Of a stretch of 64,000 bases of DNA, positions 49,981-59,400 are shown piece by piece. Position 1 is the first letter of the stretch; every line of letters begins with the position of its first letter. Origin of the DNA: a virus; the IMG/VR virus record IMGVR_UViG_3300010316_000005, positions 111,737-175,736 of that record. The stretch is one strand, 5' to 3'. The position numbers and the translations under genes are program-made. The notes below the pieces were generated by a model that saw nothing but the letters and a program-made list of their open reading frames with translations, was not told where the DNA came from and ran no database searches.

Positions 49981-50604
49981 ATGAAAAACTTACGAGAGCA
50001 TTTGACATTCGACCAAGCTAAAATGGTTGTAGAATCTACTGAAGATGGTAAGAACCTTCACATGAAGGGGATTGTCATTCAAGGTGGGATCCGCAATGCT
50101 AATCAGCGAGTGTATCCTGTAAACGAAATAGGCAGGGCTGTCAAGACTCTCAATGATCAGATAACTGGAGGATATAGTGTTCTCGGAGAAGTTGATCATC
50201 CAGAAGGCCTTAATATAAACTTGGACCGTGTAAGCCATATGATCAACGAAATGTGGATGGATGGCCCAAACGGTTATGGGAAAATGAAAATTCTACCAAC
50301 ACCGATGGGAAACCTAGTTAAAACAATGCTGGAAAGCGGCGTTAAACTAGGTGTCTCGTCGCGCGGCAGCGGCAACGTTAGAGAAGACGGATCCGGAGAA
50401 GTTTCCGATTTTGAAATAATCACTGTGGACGTTGTGGCCCAGCCTAGCGCCCCTGGTGCATATCCAACACCTATTTATGAGCATCTAATGAATGCTCGTG
50501 GGGGATATCAGGCATACGAACTAGCACAGGCAACTAAGAACGACCACAAGGCACAGAAATATCTAAAGGAATCGTTGATTAATATAATCAACAAACTCCA
50601 ATAA
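49981..50604 (+). CDS. gp21: Prohead core protease, gp21-like
   Basis: N.NQRVYP, LGEVDHP, RVSH.I, LGVSSRGSG and DVVAQPSAPGA motifs. Confidence 0.95.
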   Translation: MKNLREHLTFDQAKMVVESTEDGKNLHMKGIVIQGGIRNANQRVYPVNEIGRAVKTLNDQITGGYSVLGEVDHPEGLNINLDRVSHMINEMWMDGPNGYGKMKILPTPMGNLVKTMLESGVKLGVSSRGSGNVREDGSGEVSDFEIITVDVVAQPSAPGAYPTPIYEHLMNARGGYQAYELAQATKNDHKAQKYLKESLINIINKLQ

Positions 50605-50620
50605 TTAGGAGAAGAAAATT

Positions 50621-51715
50621 ATGTTGGATGCACTGAAAACACTTTTCGAAAACGACGTTGTTTCCGAAGACATCAGAGCTCAAATTGAAGAAGCTTGGGA
50701 CACGAAGATTAGAGAAAACCGTCAAGCGGTAACATCTGAGCTACGTGAAGAGTTCGCACAGAAGTACGAGCACGATAAGAGTGTAATGGTGGAAGCTATT
50801 GATGCTCTATTAACTGAGCGCCTTTCGGAAGAGATTGCAGAATTCGCAGAAGATCGTAAGCAGCTAGCTGAGCAAAAAGCCAAGTACGCTGTTAAGATGC
50901 GCGAAAATGCTGAACTTCTAAAAGGCTTTGTAGTTAATCAACTTCAAAGCGAAATTCAAGAACTACGCAACGACAAGAAGGCAATGGCTGAAAGCTATAG
51001 CAAGCTTGAAGAATTTGTAGTTGAAGCTCTATCTTCAGAAATATCAGAGTTTTATGAAGACAAAAAAGATTTAGCTGAAACAAAAGTACGTCTAGTACGC
51101 GAAGCTAAAACACACTTTGGTAAAGTTAAATCTAACTTTATCAAAAGAAGCGCAGAATTAGTTTCTGAAACAGTGTCAAAAACACTGAACAAAGAAATTA
51201 CTTCATTGAGAGAAGATATCGATCAAGCACGCGAAAACGACTTCGGTCGTAAAATATTCGAAGCATTTTCTACAGAGTATGGCTCATCACACTTAAATGA
51301 GAAGTCAGAAACTGCAAAGCTAATGAAAGTACTTGCTGTTAAGGACAAGCAACTATCAGAAGCAAAAGTAATTGCTAAGAAATCACTCAGACTTGCTGAG
51401 TCAAAAGAAGCTGAAAAACAGCGTCTAGTAGAATCAGCAACTAGAGAAAAGAAATTAAATTCCCTACTAAACCCTCTTGGAAGAGAGCAAAGGGAAATTA
51501 TGACAGACTTACTGGAATCAGTTCAAACTGGCAGACTACAATCTGCTTTTGAGAAGTACCTACCGGCAGTTATTGACGGTAACTCTCCAGCGAAGAAGAA
51601 GGCAAAACTAACAGAAGGCAAAGAGATAACGGGCAACCGTGAAACACAAACAAAAGCAAGTAGTAACGCAGGCGACAATGTATTAGACATTAGACGTCTA
51701 GCTGGATTAAGTTAA
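50621..51715 (+). CDS. gp22: Prohead scaffold protein, gp22-like
   Basis: Coiled-coil E/K-rich protein between gp21 and gp23. Confidence 0.75.
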   Translation: MLDALKTLFENDVVSEDIRAQIEEAWDTKIRENRQAVTSELREEFAQKYEHDKSVMVEAIDALLTERLSEEIAEFAEDRKQLAEQKAKYAVKMRENAELLKGFVVNQLQSEIQELRNDKKAMAESYSKLEEFVVEALSSEISEFYEDKKDLAETKVRLVREAKTHFGKVKSNFIKRSAELVSETVSKTLNKEITSLREDIDQARENDFGRKIFEAFSTEYGSSHLNEKSETAKLMKVLAVKDKQLSEAKVIAKKSLRLAESKEAEKQRLVESATREKKLNSLLNPLGREQREIMTDLLESVQTGRLQSAFEKYLPAVIDGNSPAKKKAKLTEGKEITGNRETQTKASSNAGDNVLDIRRLAGLS

Positions 51716-51725
51716 GGAGACAAAC

Positions 51726-52919
51726 ATGTCAGAACTACTAGAAAGCCGTTGGCACGATACGAAGGTAGCCCTTCTTGAAGGTCTAAACGGAAATAAGAAA
51801 AGCGTAATGGCAGCAACGCTAGAGAATACCCGTAGGTATCTTTCAGAAACTGCTACAGCAGGCGGCACATCAGCTGGTAACGTAGCAACACTTAACCGTG
51901 TTATCCTACCAGTTATCAGACGTGTTATGCCAACTGTTATTGCTAACGAACTAGTTGGTGTACAGCCAATGACTGGTCCAGTTGGTCAAATCCATACTCT
52001 ACGTGTACGCTACAGCGACACAGCGGGTACTGGCGCAGCAGGCGCAACAGCAGGTGATGAAGCTCTAAGCCCATTCAAAATTGCTGAAGCATATTCCGGC
52101 TCGTCATATAACAATGGCTCAGTTGATACTGGACGTGCGTCACCTACAGCGGCACAAGAAGGCATTGCAGGTAACAGACTAAGCATCCAGATCCTAAAGC
52201 AAACTGTTGAAGCTAAAACACGTAAGCTATCAGCACGTTGGACTTTTGAAGCTGCGCAAGATGCACAGTCGCAGCACGGCATCGATGTAGAAGCAGAAAT
52301 CATGGCTGCTCTTGCACAAGAAATTACTGCTGAAATCGACCAGGAAGTTCTACAGTCACTACGTTCACTTTCAGGTACAGCAGTACAAACATACGATCAG
52401 GCAGCAGTATCGGGTACTGCTACGTTCGTTGGTGATGAGCACGCAGCACTTGCAGTTCAAATCAACCGCGCGTCAAACCTAATCGCACAACGCACACGTC
52501 GTGGCGCTGGTAACTGGAGTGTTGTAAGCCCATTCGCGCTAACAATCCTACAGTCAGCAACTACTTCTGCGTTTGCACGTACTACTGAAGGTACATTTGA
52601 AGCACCAACAAACACCAAGTTTGTAGGTACTTTGAACAACGCAATGAAAGTATATGTTGATACATATGCTTCAGATGCTACACCAGTTCTTATTGGTTAT
52701 AAGGGTTCTGCAGAATCAGACGCTGCGGCGTTCTACTGCCCATATATCCCACTTATGAGCTCTGGCGTTGTACTAGATCCGTCAACATTCGAACCAACAG
52801 TTAGCTTCATGACTCGTTATGGTTATGTTGAGCTAACAAATACTGCGTCGTCACTTGGTAACGCAGCTGACTACTTGGCTAATGTTGCTATTACTAATGG
52901 TAACGTAAGCTTCTCGTAA
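51726..52919 (+). CDS. gp23: Major capsid protein, gp23-like
   Basis: RRVMP..IA.ELVGVQPMTGP.GQI..LR, VEAKTRKL.A.WT.E.AQD....HG.D.E and FYCPYIPL...FMTRYG motifs. Confidence 0.96.
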   Translation: MSELLESRWHDTKVALLEGLNGNKKSVMAATLENTRRYLSETATAGGTSAGNVATLNRVILPVIRRVMPTVIANELVGVQPMTGPVGQIHTLRVRYSDTAGTGAAGATAGDEALSPFKIAEAYSGSSYNNGSVDTGRASPTAAQEGIAGNRLSIQILKQTVEAKTRKLSARWTFEAAQDAQSQHGIDVEAEIMAALAQEITAEIDQEVLQSLRSLSGTAVQTYDQAAVSGTATFVGDEHAALAVQINRASNLIAQRTRRGAGNWSVVSPFALTILQSATTSAFARTTEGTFEAPTNTKFVGTLNNAMKVYVDTYASDATPVLIGYKGSAESDAAAFYCPYIPLMSSGVVLDPSTFEPTVSFMTRYGYVELTNTASSLGNAADYLANVAITNGNVSFS

Positions 52920-52938
52920 GAGATTCAAAATAAATTAG

Positions 52939-52965
52939 AAAATAGGCCCTACGGGGCCTATTTTT
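52939..52965 (+). terminator. Intrinsic terminator after the capsid gene
   Basis: AAAATAGGCCC-TACG-GGGCCTATTTTT: UNCG-capped stem with a U tract. Confidence 0.9.
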
Positions 52966-53005
52966 ATGGTTGTAATTCCGTGAGTTTGAATGTATAAATA
53001 ATTAC

Positions 53006-53451
53006 ATGAGATCTCAAATAATAGAAATTATAAAAACAACTAATCCAAGAGCGACTAGTAGAATTATAAAAAATAACAAAGATTTAAAAAATTGGGTAGA
53101 ACAAAATTCTTTGCCCGACAGTAATTTTTCCAAAAGAATATACAACAGTTTAAATCCGAACAGAGATATTTGTGAATATAACAATATAAAAAAGTTTAAA
53201 TCTCTCACGCACGGATATTCATTTTGTAATAAAGTAAATAAATGTTTATGTGCAAAAGAAAGTGTTGCTCGGTCAGTTTCTAATGCTATACTGATTTTAA
53301 AATTAGAAAGCACCGTTCTAATTTTACTAAAAATAAATTACTTCGCAGGAACGACACTTCTGGCACTACTGAAAAAGAATTAGCACAGTCAATTGGCTGG
53401 CATCAATTGGGAGATTGCGGCAATTCCATTTATTCTATAAAATTTCTTTAA
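53006..53451 (+). pseudogene. Internally deleted Hef-like homing endonuclease remnant
   Basis: Cys-rich N-terminus (IC..NN.KKFKS..HGYSFC...C.C) is joined at ~53287, out of frame, to YTDFKIRKHRSNFTKNKL...TEKELAQSIGWHQLGDCGNSIYSIKFL*, which matches my recollection of the Hef-like C-terminus. Very AT-rich, with TATAAATA at 52993. Confidence 0.65.
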
Positions 53452-53469
53452 AGAGTATTAATTTATTGG

Positions 53470-53497
53470 TTGACATTCTTTTTTAATGTGTTATATT
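53470..53497 (+). promoter_or_regulatory. sigma70-type promoter (extended -10)
   Basis: TTGACA 53470-53475, 16-nt spacer, TGn-TATATT (53489-53497). Confidence 0.7.
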
Positions 53498-53537
53498 AGT
53501 TTTAACAAATAGGAATATATAAAGGGAATTACAGGCA

Positions 53538-54104
53538 ATGAAGATTAATTTACGCAAAGCAAACGCATTACAGAACGTAATTAGAGAAGCACTACAGGAG
53601 TTGGATCTTTCGACTACTGTGAGCATTAACGAATTTGAACAGGCAGCAACTAGAATTGAGCAGGTTCGTGACCAGTTTAACACAAATTTTAAAACGCGGT
53701 CAGATTTAGTTTCTGCATTGTACGAGATTCGTACATCGGTTGCAAAAGCAAATTCGCAGGCAGGCATTAGCGACGCCCTCGCAACGCTAGCTGAAATCGA
53801 CAAGAACATCGCATTCTTGACAAAGTTAGCAAAGAGTGCTGAGCAAGCTGAACTTGCTGTTATTAACGGCAAGCTTGGTAAAATTGCCTCAGCAGACGGT
53901 AAAGACGCGTTCTACATGCGTGAGGACACAGTTTCGACTAGCATCTTTACAAAGCAAGACCTTGACAGCTTTAAGCAGTCGCTTGCTGTTGTAAAGAAGA
54001 ACAAGCAAAATTTACAGGACCAACTTCTTGAGTTGAATGTAACCACTAAGATTTTAATTGCTGACTCGACTGTTAAAGTTCTTGAAGACCAAGGTCTTGT
54101 CTAA
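53538..54104 (+). CDS. All-helical coiled-coil protein, possibly DIP1984/DUF6847-like
   Basis: MKINLRKANALQ start, IR..V.KAN in the middle and LQDQLLELNVTTKI at the end resemble that helical-hairpin family. This is from memory and was not searched. Confidence 0.55.
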   Translation: MKINLRKANALQNVIREALQELDLSTTVSINEFEQAATRIEQVRDQFNTNFKTRSDLVSALYEIRTSVAKANSQAGISDALATLAEIDKNIAFLTKLAKSAEQAELAVINGKLGKIASADGKDAFYMREDTVSTSIFTKQDLDSFKQSLAVVKKNKQNLQDQLLELNVTTKILIADSTVKVLEDQGLV

Positions 54105-54495
54105 GGAGTTTACTACCTTTGTATATCATACATAGTTAAAAAGGTAGCTAGCAGGAATTCGCCGGACAAATGTCCAACGAGCTAAGAGTTATAAGGCAGC
54201 ATAACAGACTGCTACGAGTTTGGTAGTTAGGCTCCGCCGAAAGGCCTCGGGTAAACTACCTAGGAAGAAGGAAGAAAAAGAACAAGCACCTAGTATGAGG
54301 ATCATACGATTTAAAAAAGGCTTTTTATGCCCTAGCGAGTCGTGCTCCAGTCCTTTATTATACCGCAAGGTTTGCATATTGCTGACTGGATATAGGACCT
54401 CAATGCTTTTTGTTTTTTGTTAATTGCTCTGGTGCGGACGGAATGTCGGCCTATTGTAAATTGATTTTGCTTGCTACTTACTTTCTTCTTTCTAC
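54105..54495 (+). ncRNA. Putative structured RNA downstream of the helical protein gene
   Basis: Serial hairpins (54113-54147, 54164-54175, 54195-54213, 54222-54260 with a GAAA loop). A 14-bp long-range helix 54261-54274/54481-54494 closes a domain with a GCAA tetraloop and 7-nt-spaced UG repeats. Confidence 0.6.
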
Positions 54496-54507
54496 TTTAA
54501 TAAAAAC

Positions 54508-54531
54508 AAAGCTCGCTTCGGCGGGCTTTTT
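54508..54531 (+). terminator. Intrinsic terminator closing the cassette
   Basis: AAAGCTCGC-TTCG-GCGGGCTTTTT: C(UUCG)G hairpin with a U tract. Confidence 0.9.
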
Positions 54532-54549
54532 CTATGTTTATGACAAAGA

Positions 54550-54642
54550 GATAAATACTGTTGTCGTAAATCGTGCCGCTATACTAGTGGACTTATGCGG
54601 AATTGACCCACCGCGTAGACCTAGAACGTCAAGGAGAAAACA
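54550..54642 (+). promoter_or_regulatory. Late promoter plus structured 5' leader
   Basis: GATAAATA 54550-54557. Hairpins 54576-54590 and 54594-54617. Loop TTGAC (54603-54607) is complementary to GTCAA (54628-54632), which overlaps the AAGGAG SD. Confidence 0.55.
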
Positions 54643-55074
54643 ATGGGACGTCCAATAAATGATAGATATTTAGGTGTAACTGCTGATGGCGGCAACCTAT
54701 CTAATGAAGAAAGACTAACAGCAATTGTAAAAGTAGGAGCGAACTCAGTTTCTGAAACTGGCATCGTACTTTCGCAGAGAGCTGAAACTAAGTTTAAGGT
54801 AAACGATACTGCTGACGGTACTGCGGTAAACGTAGACGGCACACAGCGAGACGGTACTGCTGGTACTGGCAACGTAGGCTTTTGTGTACTTGTAGACAAA
54901 GACGTGCCACTAGCAGGCGAAATGGTTGTTAGAGGTTATGTTGCAGGCGGCGGTGACGGAGTTAATATTCGTAAGTTCCACAACAGAACTGTTATTGACT
55001 TTAACAACAATCGTTACACTTGGGAAATACAAGATGATTCAACTGCGAATATCTTAGTACTAACTGCTCTGTAA
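54643..55074 (+). CDS. Virion structural protein (unknown function)
   Basis: Strong SD, late promoter, codon usage similar to the capsid gene. Confidence 0.6.
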   Translation: MGRPINDRYLGVTADGGNLSNEERLTAIVKVGANSVSETGIVLSQRAETKFKVNDTADGTAVNVDGTQRDGTAGTGNVGFCVLVDKDVPLAGEMVVRGYVAGGGDGVNIRKFHNRTVIDFNNNRYTWEIQDDSTANILVLTAL

Positions 55075-55099
55075 TATTAAATTAAGTTAGGAAACGTCA

Positions 55100-56071
55100 A
55101 TGAGTAAATTTTTAAGAATCCCAACAGGTGACTATACTATAGAAACCCAGGACAACGGCACTATTATGCTTGATGTCGGAGAATTTGGCGAGGTTGTAGT
55201 TACTGGTAATATTAGAATACTCGGCGACAGCACTACGGTTGAATCAACAAATTTGGATATTTTAGATAATATTCTAACTTTAAATAAAGGTGAAACCGGA
55301 GCAGGCATAACATTAGATGAGTCAGGTTTAAGAATTGATAGAGGTTCTTTGCCTGACGCATTTATTGTTTTTGATGAAAACACAGTATGGACTGATCCTG
55401 TATCAGAAACTTCAATAACTGGAGCGTTTTCTTTAAAAACAGAAACTGGCCAAGTACTTGGAATAAAGACTAACTCAATTGCTACAGAAGGTGGCGATTT
55501 ATATTTAATCAACGATGGCCTTGGCAAAGTTAGTGTCACAGGTACGACAAACTATGAAGAGCAAGTATTTGTATACGATGCAGGAGTTAATACCGGAGTT
55601 GTAAAAGATGACGATATTATTCCAAACATTAAAGCTGTTGTTGACTATGTTGATACATTCCAAGATACAAATGTTGAAGACAAAATTAATGAAGGTGATA
55701 CTAAAGTTGAAGTATTAGACTTTAGTGAGACAAGTCAGCCAAGTAACATTGATTTTGTTATTGACAATAATAGAGTAATGAATATTTCATCTTCTAAAAT
55801 TACACTTGGTAACGGCGTTACGAAGTTTGAAACTGAAGAAGTAGGTGATACTATTTGGTTTGAAGCAACGCAAGATGGTACAATTAAAATATCACCAGTA
55901 TTAGAAATTACAACTGTCGAAACGGAGCCAGTAGCACCTGACAACGGCACTCGAATATATGTTGATATGCCGGCTGAAGGCGGCTCGGGTATATATTTTG
56001 TTGATAATAACAACAACAGAGATGAACTAATATCTAGAAATAGAGCAATCGTGTATAGCATGGTTTTATAA
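55100..56071 (+). CDS. Virion structural/fibre-associated protein
   Basis: VTGNIRILG.STTV.S.NL.I.DNI.TLN.GE...G.RIDRG fibre-type motif, similar to one in 1739-3622. Confidence 0.6.
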   Translation: MSKFLRIPTGDYTIETQDNGTIMLDVGEFGEVVVTGNIRILGDSTTVESTNLDILDNILTLNKGETGAGITLDESGLRIDRGSLPDAFIVFDENTVWTDPVSETSITGAFSLKTETGQVLGIKTNSIATEGGDLYLINDGLGKVSVTGTTNYEEQVFVYDAGVNTGVVKDDDIIPNIKAVVDYVDTFQDTNVEDKINEGDTKVEVLDFSETSQPSNIDFVIDNNRVMNISSSKITLGNGVTKFETEEVGDTIWFEATQDGTIKISPVLEITTVETEPVAPDNGTRIYVDMPAEGGSGIYFVDNNNNRDELISRNRAIVYSMVL

Positions 56072-56080
56072 GGAAGAAAA

Positions 56081-56443
56081 ATGGCATTAGAAAATTCGCA
56101 GTTAACAACTGCACAGTTAGATATCTTCGGCGGCGGCGTGCCATCGGGCAAACGCTACGCTATTACAACTATTATGGTATGTAACACCTATGACCCAAAT
56201 GATGTTAACGCTGGATCAAACACTGCTAGCTTTGACATGCACTTGAGAAAATCAGGACAACCACTAAACAATAGTGTAACAACCGTAGTTAGGGAATTAG
56301 AACTACCAGCAGGCGAAACATATACTTTTGATACTGAAAAGGTCATTCTTGATCAAGGTGAAGAAGTAAGCTTTGTTGCACAACCTGATATTGGCGCAGG
56401 CACTACAAATCTAGCAGTATCGGTAAGTTACCTGGAAGTATAA
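56081..56443 (+). CDS. Small beta-rich structural protein
   Basis: Resembles 62377-62715 (I.VCN / V.N, LP / IP, K.IL..G, final S.LE). Confidence 0.55.
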   Translation: MALENSQLTTAQLDIFGGGVPSGKRYAITTIMVCNTYDPNDVNAGSNTASFDMHLRKSGQPLNNSVTTVVRELELPAGETYTFDTEKVILDQGEEVSFVAQPDIGAGTTNLAVSVSYLEV

Positions 56444-56445
56444 CA

Positions 56446-59400
56446 ATGAAATTAATTAAGGCGCAAAGTACTAATCTAAGAAATATTAGAGGCGGCGGTG
56501 TTAAATACGGCACAGACGGACGTGTTACTATGGACAGCGACAATTCACTTATTGTCCCAAAAGGTCCTACGTCCACAAGGCCAATTAACGCATCACCAGG
56601 TGACATGCGCTATAACACTGACACGTTAAAGTTTGAATTCTTTGAACACGGTGAGTGGATTAACAGCATTGACACAGCCGACAACGTTTACTATGTAAGT
56701 CAAAACGGCTCAGACAACTATAATGGTAAAACAATCGGTAGTGCTTTTAGTAGTATAGGTCATGCACTATCAGTTATACCAGACAATTCGACTCTTAAAG
56801 TTCTAGCAGGCGACTATACGTTAAACAATCCTGTAATAGTACCTCGTAATGTAGGAATTATCGGCGACAGTTTAAGAACTGTTACGGTTCGTGCAGGTAA
56901 CCCAACACAAGACATGTTCTGGGTTAATAACGGATCTTACCTTCAAGGAATGACATTCAAGGATCACGAAGCGCCGTCATCGGCTGTTGCGTTTAACCCT
57001 GACGGTTCAGCTGGTGAGATCTTCCAATCACCTTACGTGCAGAACTGTACATCTATAACAACTACTGGTACTGGTATGCGAGTAGATGGTAGACACGCAC
57101 AAGGTCTTAAATCCATGGTCGTTGACGCCTTTACGCAGTACAACCAGGGCGGCATCGGCATACACATGCTGTACCTAGGAAATACTCAGCTTGTTTCCGT
57201 GTTTACAATTTGCTGTGACATTGCTATTCTTTGCGAAGAAGGCGGTTTCTGTTCACTAACTAACTCAAACAGCTCGTTTGGTGTAATCGGTCTTAAATCA
57301 ACTGGAGTTAGTCAGCCTAAGTACACTGGCACAGTAGCACAGTCAATTGTTGATCCTACATTCGGTGGCGATACTATTTTGATTAACAATCTTGTGAATC
57401 GTCCAAATTCGGGCGATGCTGTAAAGTTTTCAACGCTAGATGACTATTATACTATCAGCACAGCATCAGATGTTAAAGTCGGAAAAACTAGGATTGATTC
57501 ACCTGACTTTTCAAGTCAGCTCGGCGCACTTACAACTGCTAAACGTACAGTGCTAGACGACAAAGCTGTAATTAGAGTTAACACAATTGCTTACATAAAC
57601 ACAACTTTCCCGGATTTGAAATACGATCAAGCTAAATGTTCAAGAGATGTTGGTATTATTATCGACGCTGTTCTTGACGATATGGTATTAAACACTAACT
57701 ATAAATCTGTTATTGCTGGAAAAAGTTATTATCAAAATGCTGCCGTAGAAGTAATTAATAATCAAAAAACAGAAACACTTGCGGCAATTGGTTATGCTAA
57801 GACAGAAGTACTTGCACTATTAACTCCAGCTACAGATGCTTATATAAGAGTTGCAGATAACTTTGATGAAATAACTGACATTATAACAAATGGAATAGTT
57901 AATGCTGACCCAATTGTATTTAATACTCCAGTAGGAGCAACTTCGGCACAAGTTAGAGCTAAAGATATTATACTAGCAAATGCAGACTTTATTGAAGAAG
58001 AAGCAGTATCTTATATTGAATTAAACTATCCAGATTTAACTTACGATGAAGCAGCTTGTCGTAGAGACGTGGCATTTATCCTTGATGGAATTATTTACGA
58101 CATACTATATCAAGGTAATAGTCAAAGCATTGTTGTTGGTGAACAGTACTATAGTGGCGGCACGCTGCAATTAGGTGCAGGCGAAAAACAAGCAACAATT
58201 AACACATACAAGTATATGAGACAAGTAACTAGAAACTGCCTATTGAATATTTCAGTAGTTAGACTTAACACTACGGTTACTCAAGACAACGGCACTACTT
58301 CTGCAACGGTTGCAGAAGCAGACAAATCAGATCTATTGTTTAATATTATTTCTAGCTATATAGAATCAGGCGGATATATTAACGACTTTGTTGAAACAAC
58401 AGCCCCAAATGAAGCTACTCAAGAACAAGACGCAATTGATTTAAGAGATATCATTGTTGCTAATAAAAGCAAGATTGCAGTTGATACAATTGAATACTTA
58501 AATGAAAAGTATAGTGACTTTAATTATAACGAAGAAAAGTGCTCGAGAGATGTTGGGCTAATTCTTGACGCAGTAGCAATGGATATGGCACTTGGAACTA
58601 ATTATAATTCAGTAATAGCAGGACTATCTTATCAGAGAATTAATACTATAAAAGTTCGTAATGACCAAAAAGTACAAACAAAGTCAGCAATCGAATTTGT
58701 TAGAGATACTATTCTTGCTCTAAACATCGGCACAACTGCTACTACTAGAGTTACTGATGCGTTTACTGAAATACTAGCTATATTCGATGGCAACGCAGCA
58801 AGCGCACTAGTATTTACTGACCCCGACGATGTAACTCAGGATAACTTAAAAGCTAAATTGCTTCTGCAAGCAAATAGAGATTTCTTAATGGCAGAGACTA
58901 TTGCGTTTATCAACAATCGCTATCCTCCATTTGTTTACGATGAAGATAAATGTTCAAGGGACGTAGGATTAATACTTGATGCCGTTGCTCTTGATATGGT
59001 ACTTGACACTAATTATAATACTAATGTAGCAGCTATGTCTTATTACAGAGCAGCAGCTAGCGACGTAATTGACAGTCAATTACCTCAAACATTGCTAGCA
59101 ATCGACTTTATTAAAACACAAATACTTAAATTAGATATTAGTTCAGTGGCAACTAACAGACTATCATTATTGTTTACTAAGTTAAGAAGTACCATCGAAA
59201 CTGGAACACCGGCTTCAATTAACAACAACGATCCTATTAACGCAACAGCAACAAGAATTAATTCTAGATTACAGCTTGAGTTTAACAAAACGTTTATCCA
59301 AGATGAAATAGATGCGTGGATTGCTGTTCAAGTAGCCGGAAACATTGCTCCATTTACCAGCGGATTTACATACGATTCAGCTGCGTGTAGAAGAGACGTG

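Noticed and set aside
54189-54658. Short ORFs 54189-54377, 54220-54423 and 54410-54658
   Set aside because: Weak starts without SD and atypical composition, and one crosses a clear terminator. The region is better explained as structured RNA.
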